A stretch of DNA of 64,000 bases, taken from assembly GCA_021774385.1 (NCBI GenBank), contig JAJFJC010000261.1, forward strand, positions 2,413 to 66,412, read 5' to 3'. The position numbers and the translations under genes are program-made. Under the pieces are notes generated by a model, which did no database searches, had not been told where the DNA came from, and saw only the letters and a program-made list of their open reading frames with translations. This DNA is from Alphaproteobacteria bacterium (GTDB taxonomy: Bacteria > Pseudomonadota > Alphaproteobacteria > UBA8366 > GCA-2717185). Below, one piece after another: positions 52,317 through 60,672 of the stretch (position 1 is the stretch's first letter; each line of letters starts with the position of its first letter).

Positions 52317-53815
52317 GCGAGGCTTTACCGCCTACATCGAATGCGACGTCGGCGCCGCCGGCGACACCTCATTCGTCACAATTAGCACCACCGCAGCCGC
52401 CAACCAATATCGGAGCGGGCACAATCTTGCGGCTGCCCCCCAATGTAATCACTCTGCCAATTGGCGAACGCCTGGAAGGTATCGTCACGGCTCGCTTGGC
52501 AAACACACAATCAGTTCTTCAAACGAGACTGGGGCCCGTTACGGTTCAATCGGCCCAGGCACTGCCTGTTAACAGCCAAATCATCTTCACTGTTTCCACG
52601 GCGGGTCCACGACCCACTATTCAACTTGCCTACCAACCGGAACGCCCCGCATCACCGCCCCCCCACACACCGCAAGCAAGGCTGGCGGGAACCGCAGCAC
52701 CGACATTGCCAGTCGCGACGCGCTCCAACCCAGCGCCGCCCGTTCCCGCACAACCGGCAATACAAGGTCTCACCGACAGTCAATCGCAGCTACGCGGTAG
52801 TCTCGTAACCGCGACGGTTGTTCGTATCGCCGCGCCGGCAAACGCGCGTTCGATATCTCAGTCCACATCGACTGCGGCCCTGGGACCGTCGCCTCACCAA
52901 ACCGCGCTTGCAACCGGCGATCGTTTTGCCGTGCGGATTTCCGCGATTACCCGGCCCGGCACAGGCGCCCCGCCGGCATCTCCCGGCACCGCGTCGACGA
53001 CGGGAACCGTAACCGGCACCACAAATGCCGGACATGCCGTCGTCCGAACCAACAGCGCCGAGCTTTCCCTCGCCGTACCGCGCCCACTGCCGGTGGGAAG
53101 CAACCTTCTGTTGCAGGCGACGGGAACACCAATATCTCAATCACCACCAGCCCTCCAACAGAGCGGACTCGTCCTCGCGGAACGGTGGGAGACCTTGAGC
53201 GACATTTTGCGCGTGGGCGCATCGTCACCTACACCAAACGCCATAAATCAGTCGGTGCCCCAACCTGGCCCGCAACTCACGAACACAATGCTATTCTTCA
53301 TGGCGGCGTTGCGCGCCGGCGACCTGCGCGGTTGGCTGGGACCTAATGCGGTACGTCTTATCGAACGCGAAGGACTACTGGGCCGGATAAGCGAGGAATT
53401 CGGCCTCATGCAACGTATCGCGAGCGAGCCCGCGGGGCAGGATTGGCGGCTCTTCCTGATACCCGTAATCTCAGAAGAGCAATTGCACCAAATGCGCCTC
53501 TTCATTCGCGACCATGGTGGCGGGGACCAAGATGGCGAAACACCGCAAGAGACTCGCTTCATCATAGAAGTAACGTTCACAAAACTCGGCCCATTTCAGT
53601 TCGACGGTCTGGCCCGGCCTAAAGCGCTCGACCTTATCATTCGAACCGAGCGGGAGATAACAAAGCATATGCGGCAATCCATCAGCGAGGTGTTCACCGA
53701 TACAACGTCCGCGCTCGGTTTAACCGGACGCATTGGGTTCAAAAAGGAACGTTTTTTCGAAATACAGCCGCTGCGCGATTCGGGCCTCGCGCATGATTCC
53801 GGCATCGTCGCGTGA
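52313..53815 (+). CDS. Pro/Ala/Thr-rich 500-aa protein of unknown function, translationally coupled to flhG
   Basis: The ATG at 52313 overlaps the flhG stop (ATGA). The track ORF extends upstream to 52148, inside flhG. The N-terminal two thirds are low-complexity with repeated PLPV/GxxL beta-like modules. The C-terminal ~170 aa are globular (WRLFLIPV...RFIIEVTFTKLGPFQFDGLARPKALDLIIRTE). A weak FliK-C-like pattern is an impression only. Confidence 0.45.
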   Translation: MSEALPPTSNATSAPPATPHSSQLAPPQPPTNIGAGTILRLPPNVITLPIGERLEGIVTARLANTQSVLQTRLGPVTVQSAQALPVNSQIIFTVSTAGPRPTIQLAYQPERPASPPPHTPQARLAGTAAPTLPVATRSNPAPPVPAQPAIQGLTDSQSQLRGSLVTATVVRIAAPANARSISQSTSTAALGPSPHQTALATGDRFAVRISAITRPGTGAPPASPGTASTTGTVTGTTNAGHAVVRTNSAELSLAVPRPLPVGSNLLLQATGTPISQSPPALQQSGLVLAERWETLSDILRVGASSPTPNAINQSVPQPGPQLTNTMLFFMAALRAGDLRGWLGPNAVRLIEREGLLGRISEEFGLMQRIASEPAGQDWRLFLIPVISEEQLHQMRLFIRDHGGGDQDGETPQETRFIIEVTFTKLGPFQFDGLARPKALDLIIRTEREITKHMRQSISEVFTDTTSALGLTGRIGFKKERFFEIQPLRDSGLAHDSGIVA

Positions 53816-53828
53816 CGAAGTTCTCGCA

Positions 53829-54230
53829 ATGAACGACTCTCCCGAAAGCACGATAGCAGCAACGGAGCGCCGCTCACTGCTGTCGACCGCGTCAAACCCA
53901 ACTACCGCACTAGATTATCTGAACCATCTTGAAGGTCACACGCGCGGCGCGAATGCCTATATCGTGCTGCGTTATGTCCCTGACAAACTCACCCTGCCGC
54001 CCGCATCGTTCACTCGCTATCTCAACGCTCTAGACACTTATTCAACTAAAACCCTGGAACAGCTCGCCGTGGCGATACTGGAAGACGTCAACAACGAACT
54101 CGTACCCCGATGGGCCCAAATAGTCGCAACGCGCGATTTAGGAGAAGATGCTGGTCATCGCATCCTTATCGAGGACAGGCAGCCAAAATGGGACAACCCT
54201 GCCCTCCTCGCGCGCATGGAGCGTTTTTAG
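53829..54230 (+). CDS. Small T-fold-like protein with a QueF-like YVPDK...YL segment but no catalytic Cys (function unknown)
   Basis: I chose the ATG at 53829, giving 133 aa. The segment ANAYIVLRYVPDKLTLPPASFTRYLNAL resembles the type I QueF segment [23 protein letters not shown]. The CPxTGQPD thioimide-forming Cys motif is absent. Confidence 0.35.
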   Translation: MNDSPESTIAATERRSLLSTASNPTTALDYLNHLEGHTRGANAYIVLRYVPDKLTLPPASFTRYLNALDTYSTKTLEQLAVAILEDVNNELVPRWAQIVATRDLGEDAGHRILIEDRQPKWDNPALLARMERF

Positions 54231-54373
54231 ACAGTCTCCAAGCAAAACCAGGCTCGTTTGACATTTGTCCTTGTGCGCGAAAAATCTATTCGCCTTGAAA
54301 TGACTAATTCGATTTAAACCGATAGTTCGCTTTTATTGCTCAATAAGACAGATGCGTTACTCGCGTCCAATTT

Positions 54374-55522
54374 TCATCGAAGTAGTTTTTTCGCGATACT
54401 GAGCAAATGTATCTGACTGGTCCCCTCATAAACGCGGAAGGCCCTTACATCTCGATAAAATCGCTCGATCCCAGTTCCCTTCACATAGCCTTGACCGCCA
54501 AAGATTTGCACGACTCGATCCGCCACGCGCCCACACATTTCCGTTGAGTAATATTTACAAAGACTCACTTCCAAGGTGACATCCTCCCCCCTGTCGCGCT
54601 TACGGGCTGTCTCGAGAATGAGCGCACGCGCGGCTTCGATTTCCACCTTGCACTCGGCAAGCATCGCCTGAATGAGTTGAAATTCACCGATTGCCTTATC
54701 GAACTGCCGACGTTCCTTCGCAAAGGCAATCGCGTCATCCAACATGCGGATCGCGGGACCGGTGGAAAGTGCCGAGAGGTTAATGCGCTGCTTGTTTAGG
54801 GCCTTCATAACGGTTCGGAACCCCAGCCCCTCCACTCCACCAAGGACCGCAGTATCGGGCACGAAGACATTTTCAAAGGCGATTTCGCCAATTGGCGCGC
54901 CTTCTTGGCCCATTTTCGGCGTCGACGCGCTCGGTGTCATACCCTCCGTGCCGCGTTCAATTAGAAATGCCGTGACACCGTCGGCACCTCTATCACCCGA
55001 CGTTCGGGCAAATACAGTGTAGAGATCGGCGATGGGGGCCAGCGTAATATAGCGTTTGTCACCATTGATACGGTAGCCGCCATCAATCTTTACCGCTCGG
55101 GTTTTCATCGCCGTCGCATCGGAGCCAGCCGAGGTTTCCGTCAACGCCAGGCAACCGATCATCTCACCCGACGCTAGGCGCGGCAGATAGTGCCGCTTCT
55201 GTTCCTCCGTCCCGTCGCGGATGATGCACTCCGATCCAATGCCGGCATTCTGACCGCCGTAAACACGGAATGCCACGGAACATTGGGTAAATTCCATGAA
55301 TGCGATAGCCAACTCCTCGGACGTCAGACCGAGCCCGCCATACTCCTCCGGAATGCTCCATCCAAAGCTACCGAGCTCTTGCAGCTTCTCGACTACATCA
55401 CCGGGGATTCGATCCTCTGCCTCGACACGGTCCTCATTAGGAACGGCAACGTCTCTGATGAAACCGCGAATTTGCGTTATCAGCGTTTGTAATTTCTCTT
55501 GATCACGTATCACAGCGTCCAC
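54374..55522 (-). CDS. Acyl-CoA dehydrogenase family protein
   Basis: 382 aa. The ACAD patterns are GCLALTETSAGSDA, QFDKAIGEFQLIQAMLAE and the C-terminal IFGGQGYVKGTGIERFYRDVRAFRVYEGTSQI. Confidence 0.85.
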   Translation of the reverse strand: MDAVIRDQEKLQTLITQIRGFIRDVAVPNEDRVEAEDRIPGDVVEKLQELGSFGWSIPEEYGGLGLTSEELAIAFMEFTQCSVAFRVYGGQNAGIGSECIIRDGTEEQKRHYLPRLASGEMIGCLALTETSAGSDATAMKTRAVKIDGGYRINGDKRYITLAPIADLYTVFARTSGDRGADGVTAFLIERGTEGMTPSASTPKMGQEGAPIGEIAFENVFVPDTAVLGGVEGLGFRTVMKALNKQRINLSALSTGPAIRMLDDAIAFAKERRQFDKAIGEFQLIQAMLAECKVEIEAARALILETARKRDRGEDVTLEVSLCKYYSTEMCGRVADRVVQIFGGQGYVKGTGIERFYRDVRAFRVYEGTSQIHLLSIAKKLLR

Positions 55523-55713
55523 CTATGCGAATCATGGCTAAGATTGAGCTTGGCCGCACCCTAGCGGCTCCAATATGAACTGTCTTCGAGTTTGCTCTTA
55601 TCCATTAGAAAATGGTGAACCATCCTCTCAACAACGGCAGACTTCCCTCATGACCACGCCACGAATGCCCGGTTCAGCCAGTGCAGGTTACACCATGTCT
55701 GACGCGTTATTGT

Positions 55714-56139
55714 TCAGGAACTGGCAGGCTTACCACGGCTGTAAGCATTCAAACCAAGTTCATCTTGCACGATCCGATCGCGGCGACCTGCTTCCGCGGC
55801 AGCCGCGCTATCCCGGTTCTCCTTGGTAATCTCATACTTCTTTAGTGTCTCAAAAGACCGCGCTACCGCGTCGCGCGCATCCTCCACTTGCCGTGTTACC
55901 GATTCCAACTGTTCCCGTAGCGCCGTCCGGCGTTGAATAACCGCTCGCGCAAATCCACCGTAGGCATAACCACCTTCCGTGGATTGACGGGCAGCGACTT
56001 GCTCGTCCGACAATTCTTGCGCCAAACGCGCTAGGGATAGTTCAATTTGAACACGGACCTCTTCGATGTCTTTCAAGGCGCGGCGCTTCTCATCCAGCTC
56101 AAACGCGTGAATTTTTATCAGCGCCGCAATACCCTTCAT
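55714..56139 (-). CDS. fliJ: Flagellar export chaperone/stalk protein FliJ
   Basis: 141 aa with coiled-coil composition. It overlaps the fliI stop by 4 nt, in the conserved fliI-fliJ order. Confidence 0.7.
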   Translation of the reverse strand: MKGIAALIKIHAFELDEKRRALKDIEEVRVQIELSLARLAQELSDEQVAARQSTEGGYAYGGFARAVIQRRTALREQLESVTRQVEDARDAVARSFETLKKYEITKENRDSAAAAEAGRRDRIVQDELGLNAYSRGKPASS

Positions 56140-57473
56140 TGCACGTCCGCTGACAGAATTTGCGCCAATTGATCATAACCATGGTCGAGGTCCTGCTGAT
56201 CGTCCATTCCTTGAGCGAGAAACGCTTCTATCTGAGGATAAAAACCTATCGCCTCGTCGATTTCGCTATCGCTCCCGGCACGATATGCGCCAATTCTAAT
56301 AAGTTCCGCCATATCCTCATAGGTCGCGATCAAGGCACGGGCCCGATTGACGATCGTGTTCTGTTCCTCCGTGTTGCAATCCGGCAAGGTCCGCGAAACG
56401 CTCCTGAGAATATTAATTGCCGGAAAGCGGTTGCGATGTGCGATCGATCGGTCGAGCATTATATGCCCGTCCAATATACCGCGAACGGCATCGGAAATTG
56501 GCTCGTTTTCATCATCACCCTCGACTAAAACCGAGAACAATCCAGTAATGCTTCCCACACCAACGCCGGGACCGGCGCGTTCCAACAGCTTCGGCAATTC
56601 TGAAAATACCGTCGGCGTATACCCCTTGCTTGCGGGTGGCTCACCCGCCGAAAGTCCGATTTCCCGCTGCGCCATGGCAAAGCGCGTTACACTATCCATC
56701 AGACACAACACATCTTTACCCTGGTCGCGGAAATATTCCGCGACAGCCATTGTCATGTAGGCAGACTGCCGTCGCAGCAATGCCGATTGATCGGAGGTCG
56801 CCACCACGACCACGCTTCGCGCAAGGCCTTCGGGACCAAGATCATCCTCCAAAAACTCCTTCAGCTCTCGGCCCCGCTCGCCAATAAGGCCGAATACGAC
56901 AACTTCCGCCGACGTAAACCGCGCCAACATTGACAGCAGCACCGATTTTCCAACTCCCGAACCCGAGAAAATCCCCATGCGTTGTCCTCGGCAACAAGTT
57001 AGGAAGGTGTTTATCGACCGAACGCCAAGATCCAGCTTACCACCAACACGTTGGCGCGAATGCGCCGGTGGCGGTTGGTTCTTGATCGCGTAAGCTCGAT
57101 CGCCTTGCGGCAGGGCGCCCTTACCGTCGGCCGGTCCACCGAAACCGTCAACAACGCGCCCCAGCCACGCGTCGGTCGGATAGATAGTCGGCTCCGTCTC
57201 CGATAGAATCGCCCTGCAACCAAGTCCAACGCCATCCAGTGGGCGGAATGGCATCGCCAACGCGGTTCCGGAACGAAACCCCACGACTTCACACGGCACC
57301 AGCGTTCCGCCACGTGCGACAATATCGCACCGGTCGCCAACCGAAAGGTTCCCCTGCACACCGGCAATTTCCACCAACATGCCCTGAATACCGCATACGG
57401 TGCCGAAAACGGCGGCATCCGACAGTCGGTTTATATCGCCAATTAAGTTTTCCAGCGGCCCCGTCATTTCCAA
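56136..57473 (-). CDS. fliI: Flagellum-specific ATPase FliI
   Basis: 445 aa. Walker A is GSGVGKSVLL and Walker B is in VLCLMDSVTRFA. FPAINILRSVSR is F1/T3SS-ATPase-like. Confidence 0.93.
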   Translation of the reverse strand: MEMTGPLENLIGDINRLSDAAVFGTVCGIQGMLVEIAGVQGNLSVGDRCDIVARGGTLVPCEVVGFRSGTALAMPFRPLDGVGLGCRAILSETEPTIYPTDAWLGRVVDGFGGPADGKGALPQGDRAYAIKNQPPPAHSRQRVGGKLDLGVRSINTFLTCCRGQRMGIFSGSGVGKSVLLSMLARFTSAEVVVFGLIGERGRELKEFLEDDLGPEGLARSVVVVATSDQSALLRRQSAYMTMAVAEYFRDQGKDVLCLMDSVTRFAMAQREIGLSAGEPPASKGYTPTVFSELPKLLERAGPGVGVGSITGLFSVLVEGDDENEPISDAVRGILDGHIMLDRSIAHRNRFPAINILRSVSRTLPDCNTEEQNTIVNRARALIATYEDMAELIRIGAYRAGSDSEIDEAIGFYPQIEAFLAQGMDDQQDLDHGYDQLAQILSADVQ

Positions 57474-57652
57474 ACCTTAATCGTCCTTGACGCCCTGATG
57501 AAAGACCGTACGGGCTAGCGGCACTATATCCTAAATTTTGCTAAAATTTTGATTATCTGAATATCGAAACAATTTGTTAACCTTTTCTGGTCATAAATAT
57601 TAATATTGCAATGTTGGTTAAAATTAACGACGACCTGAGAAGGGAAGAGAAT

Positions 57653-58357
57653 ATGCGAGTTTTATTAGTCGAGGATGACAAAGCTATCTCCGACAGCATC
57701 CAGCTTATGCTCAAAACGGAAAATTTTGTCGTCGATTGTACCGAACTGGGCGAAGACGGCCTGGAAATCGGTAAGATCTACGATTACGACATTATCATTC
57801 TCGACCTAATGCTTCCCGACATCGACGGATATGAAGTACTGCGCCGTCTTCGGGACGCGCGTGTCGAAACACCAATTCTTATCCTCTCGGGACTGGGCGA
57901 GCTTGAAAATAAAGTCAAAGGGCTTGGATTCGGCGCCGATGACTATCTCACGAAGCCCTTCCACAAGCAGGAACTTATCGCGCGCGTCAACGCAATCATC
58001 CGTCGCTCGAAGGGCCATGCCCAATCGATCATCGAAACCGGCAAGTTGAAGGTAAATCTCGATGCCCGTACCGTCGAAGTCGACGGCAAGCCGCTTCATT
58101 TAACGGGGAAAGAATACGGCATTCTCGAATTGCTGTCCTTGCGTAAAGGCATGACCTTAACGAAGGAAATGTTCCTCAACCATCTATATGGCGGCATGGA
58201 CGAGCCGGAATTGAAGATCATCGACGTGTTCGTCTGCAAACTACGCAAGAAACTCTCTTCCGCAACCGGAGACGAAAATTATATTGAGACGGTATGGGGA
58301 CGCGGCTATGTGTTGCGCGATCCAGAAAATCTCGTTGCCAGCGCGCCCGCCGCGTAA
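57653..58357 (+). CDS. ctrA: Cell-cycle / motility master response regulator CtrA (OmpR-family)
   Basis: I chose the ATG at 57653, which has a purine-rich RBS; the track ORF starts at 57611. The product is [25 protein letters not shown]...[21 protein letters not shown]...ILILSG...[27 protein letters not shown] plus a winged helix ending [14 protein letters not shown]. This is very close to canonical CtrA. Confidence 0.9.
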   Translation: MRVLLVEDDKAISDSIQLMLKTENFVVDCTELGEDGLEIGKIYDYDIIILDLMLPDIDGYEVLRRLRDARVETPILILSGLGELENKVKGLGFGADDYLTKPFHKQELIARVNAIIRRSKGHAQSIIETGKLKVNLDARTVEVDGKPLHLTGKEYGILELLSLRKGMTLTKEMFLNHLYGGMDEPELKIIDVFVCKLRKKLSSATGDENYIETVWGRGYVLRDPENLVASAPAA

Positions 58358-58496
58358 GGAATTAACGTTTCCTCATAAGCGCGAAACCGTCGTCGACGTT
58401 ATTCGCGCCCTGCCAAAGACCTCGTGAAAGCGGGGTCTTTGCGATTCCAGCCACCAAAATGTTGCCACTTTCGAAGACCACAACTTCCGAACTAAT

Positions 58497-59651
58497 ATGA
58501 GCAGCGCGGATGCCTGCTTCATTCGACACCATGACCTGTTCGACAACAGGCGACGGAGGATTTTCATCATCGAAACACGGCAACTCCGAATTTGGGCGCA
58601 GGGTGATGCCCATGTGGGACGGGATTTGGAATTCGGTCGCACAAGCTTGTCCGACGCGCTGAATCATTCGGAACGTGGCGGTGATTTGGGCGGCCCACCG
58701 TTCGATTGGGATTTTGCGATCAATGTTGGAGATTACTGCGGCTACCGAGATTTGCCGAGCGACGAGGAAGGCGCGGAAATTATCAAGCAGTTCTCGGCCC
58801 TAAAGGAACACCGCCGCGAACAAGTCTATTCGCTCTCCGGTAATCACGACCGCAATGGACTCCACCAGCCGGACGGCGAATGGTTCCAGAAGTGGATCGA
58901 CCCGATGGGAGAAAACACGGAATTCTCGGGCGTAACCCGTGCGCATTATCCCTTTCCTATTGAAGGCACCTGGGAACGCTACGCTATTGAAGCCGGCAAC
59001 ATCGTCATCCTCATGCTGAGCGACGTCAACGAGAGAAGCCACAAGAAAGGCCGGGGCGAGCTCGAAGGAAATCCCGGCGGCGTCGTATCCCATGAAACCT
59101 TCGAATGGTGGAAGGACCAAGTCCTCAAACATAAGGACAAGATCGTCATCACCGCGCACCACTACGTGCTGAAAGACACCACCTTTGCATCCGGCCTATG
59201 GGAAGGCATGCGCAGGGACGGGCAAGGAAACTGGATTCAAGATTATCACCGCTATATCGAGGAAGGATCACCCGCCGGGGCTTCCTTTCTATGCTGGGTC
59301 GGCGGCCTTTTCGATTCGGGTCAATTCGAACGGGTTCTCAAAGAAAATCCCGGCGCCGTCGATATGTGGTTCGCCGGCCACACCCATTCCAACCCAGATG
59401 ACCGCAAAGGCGGGCGCGGCTGCTTCGAACGAAAATACGGCAACACCATGTTCATGAACATCTGCGCCCTTACCCGTTACATGGTGCCCGACCATGCCAT
59501 CCCGCACAGTTGGCTGCTCACCTTCACTGAAGGCAGCGATGAAATGCGCGCGCAATGTTACATGCACACCGATGAGTACAGAGCACAAGGCTGGTACGAT
59601 CACGCGGAGCGCTCGATCAAATTAACAACGGCTTTTCGGTTTTTGAATTGA
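58497..59651 (+). CDS. Calcineurin-like metallophosphoesterase family protein
   Basis: 384 aa. The motifs occur in order: GDAHVG (DxH), NVGDYCG (GD), SGNHD (GNH) and AGHTHS (GHxH). The start codon is uncertain. Confidence 0.6.
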   Translation: MSSADACFIRHHDLFDNRRRRIFIIETRQLRIWAQGDAHVGRDLEFGRTSLSDALNHSERGGDLGGPPFDWDFAINVGDYCGYRDLPSDEEGAEIIKQFSALKEHRREQVYSLSGNHDRNGLHQPDGEWFQKWIDPMGENTEFSGVTRAHYPFPIEGTWERYAIEAGNIVILMLSDVNERSHKKGRGELEGNPGGVVSHETFEWWKDQVLKHKDKIVITAHHYVLKDTTFASGLWEGMRRDGQGNWIQDYHRYIEEGSPAGASFLCWVGGLFDSGQFERVLKENPGAVDMWFAGHTHSNPDDRKGGRGCFERKYGNTMFMNICALTRYMVPDHAIPHSWLLTFTEGSDEMRAQCYMHTDEYRAQGWYDHAERSIKLTTAFRFLN

Positions 59652-59909
59652 AGCGGTAAGTTGATCGCCCTAGTTCATTCTATTTAGGTGAGAAACTATA
59701 ATAAAATTTCTAACTTTAGAAGAATTTTCTGTTGTCTAAAAACTAAAGCATGAATTTTAATTTTCTATACTTTACTGAAAATATAGAATAAAATTAGAAA
59801 TTCCGTTGGGAAAAATACTCAAAAGATAAAATAGGAACGATCAGTCATTGAAATAAAGTTTTATTTATTTTTCATTTTTGGATGAATTTTTCATTCATGG
59901 AGATACCTG
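59652..59909. promoter_or_regulatory. Strongly AT-rich 258-bp intergenic region with small palindromes, upstream of the ODP-like/hybrid-kinase operon
   Basis: Long A/T runs contrast with the roughly 50% GC I judge by eye for the surroundings. The palindromes are TTCTAA-CT-TTAGAA (59708-59721) and ATGAAT-TTTTC-ATTCAT, the latter just before the GGAG RBS. Confidence 0.5.
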
Positions 59910-60671
59910 ATGAACATGGAGAGTACCGGCCCAAGAAATCAAAAGTATGAAAGGGCAATACTCGTTAAGGACGGTATTCATTGGGTCGGGTTTTATGACG
60001 AATTAGCACACCTTCATTGCAATCCCTACATATTGACCGATGGAAACGAAGCTGTCTTCTTCGACCCAGGCTCGTTACCTGACTTCCCACAGATTATGAG
60101 GAAGGTAATCGAAGTATCGGATCCCCTCGATATTGCATATATCGTCGTTAGTCATCAGGACCCGGATGTATGCGGCAACCTAGCGGTTGTCGAGGACGTC
60201 ATAGATCGTTCGGACATGAAGATCGTGGGACACATGAATACGATCCGCCTCATTCAGCATTATGGCGTACGATCTAAATTCTATCCGGTTGAGCAAAACG
60301 AATACCGTCTGAATTTGCGTTCTGGGCGCCAGATCGAATTTATTTTTACACCGTTTTTGCACAGTCCCGGCGCGATCGTCGCCTATGACGCCGCCACCAA
60401 AAGCCTATTCACCGGCGATATTTTCGGCGCGATATCCGACCATTGGGCATTATTTGCGGAAGACGACTACCTGACACCAATGGCGGCGTTCCATCAAGCC
60501 TATATGCCAAGCAATCAAGTACTGAAAGCGGGCTTGGAGCGCCTTGAGCGCTATGAAATCGATCAAATCCTTCCACAGCACGGCTCAATATTAAGGGGAG
60601 ATCAAATCCCCAAGGCGTTCGAGTATTTAAAGTCGCTACCATGCGGAGTCGACCTGGAAGGAAGCCAGTAA
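59910..60671 (+). CDS. Stand-alone metallo-beta-lactamase-fold di-iron domain protein (ODP-like / flavodiiron-core-like, no flavodoxin domain)
   Basis: 253 aa. The ligand-bearing motifs, in flavodiiron order, are VSHQDPDVCG, TPFLHSPG, LFTGDIFG and LPQHGS. Confidence 0.65.
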   Translation: MNMESTGPRNQKYERAILVKDGIHWVGFYDELAHLHCNPYILTDGNEAVFFDPGSLPDFPQIMRKVIEVSDPLDIAYIVVSHQDPDVCGNLAVVEDVIDRSDMKIVGHMNTIRLIQHYGVRSKFYPVEQNEYRLNLRSGRQIEFIFTPFLHSPGAIVAYDAATKSLFTGDIFGAISDHWALFAEDDYLTPMAAFHQAYMPSNQVLKAGLERLERYEIDQILPQHGSILRGDQIPKAFEYLKSLPCGVDLEGSQ

Positions 60672-60672
60672 G

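Noticed and set aside
54374-55522. Acyl-CoA dehydrogenase as part of the flagellar or glycan-tailoring system.
   Set aside because: It is a generic ACAD sequence. It sits 191 bp downstream of the fliJ stop (55523-55713), so probably has its own promoter. It converges on the QueF-like gene and is far from the flagellin island. The most economical reading is an unrelated metabolic gene lodged between flagellar operons.
57474-57652. Looked for a CtrA autoregulatory TTAA-N7-TTAA box in the fliI-ctrA divergent region.
   Set aside because: Only imperfect arrangements are present, for example TTAAAATTAAC at 57618-57628 with the wrong spacing. No perfect box was found, so none is reported.
58362-58667. 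Minus-strand ORFs of 101 and 89 aa just after ctrA.
   Set aside because: They overlap the metallophosphoesterase N-terminus, which contains the GDAHVG metal motif, and have no recognisable features. An 8-bp stem (58414-58441) in this gap might be a ctrA terminator, but it lacks a T-tract, so I did not call it.
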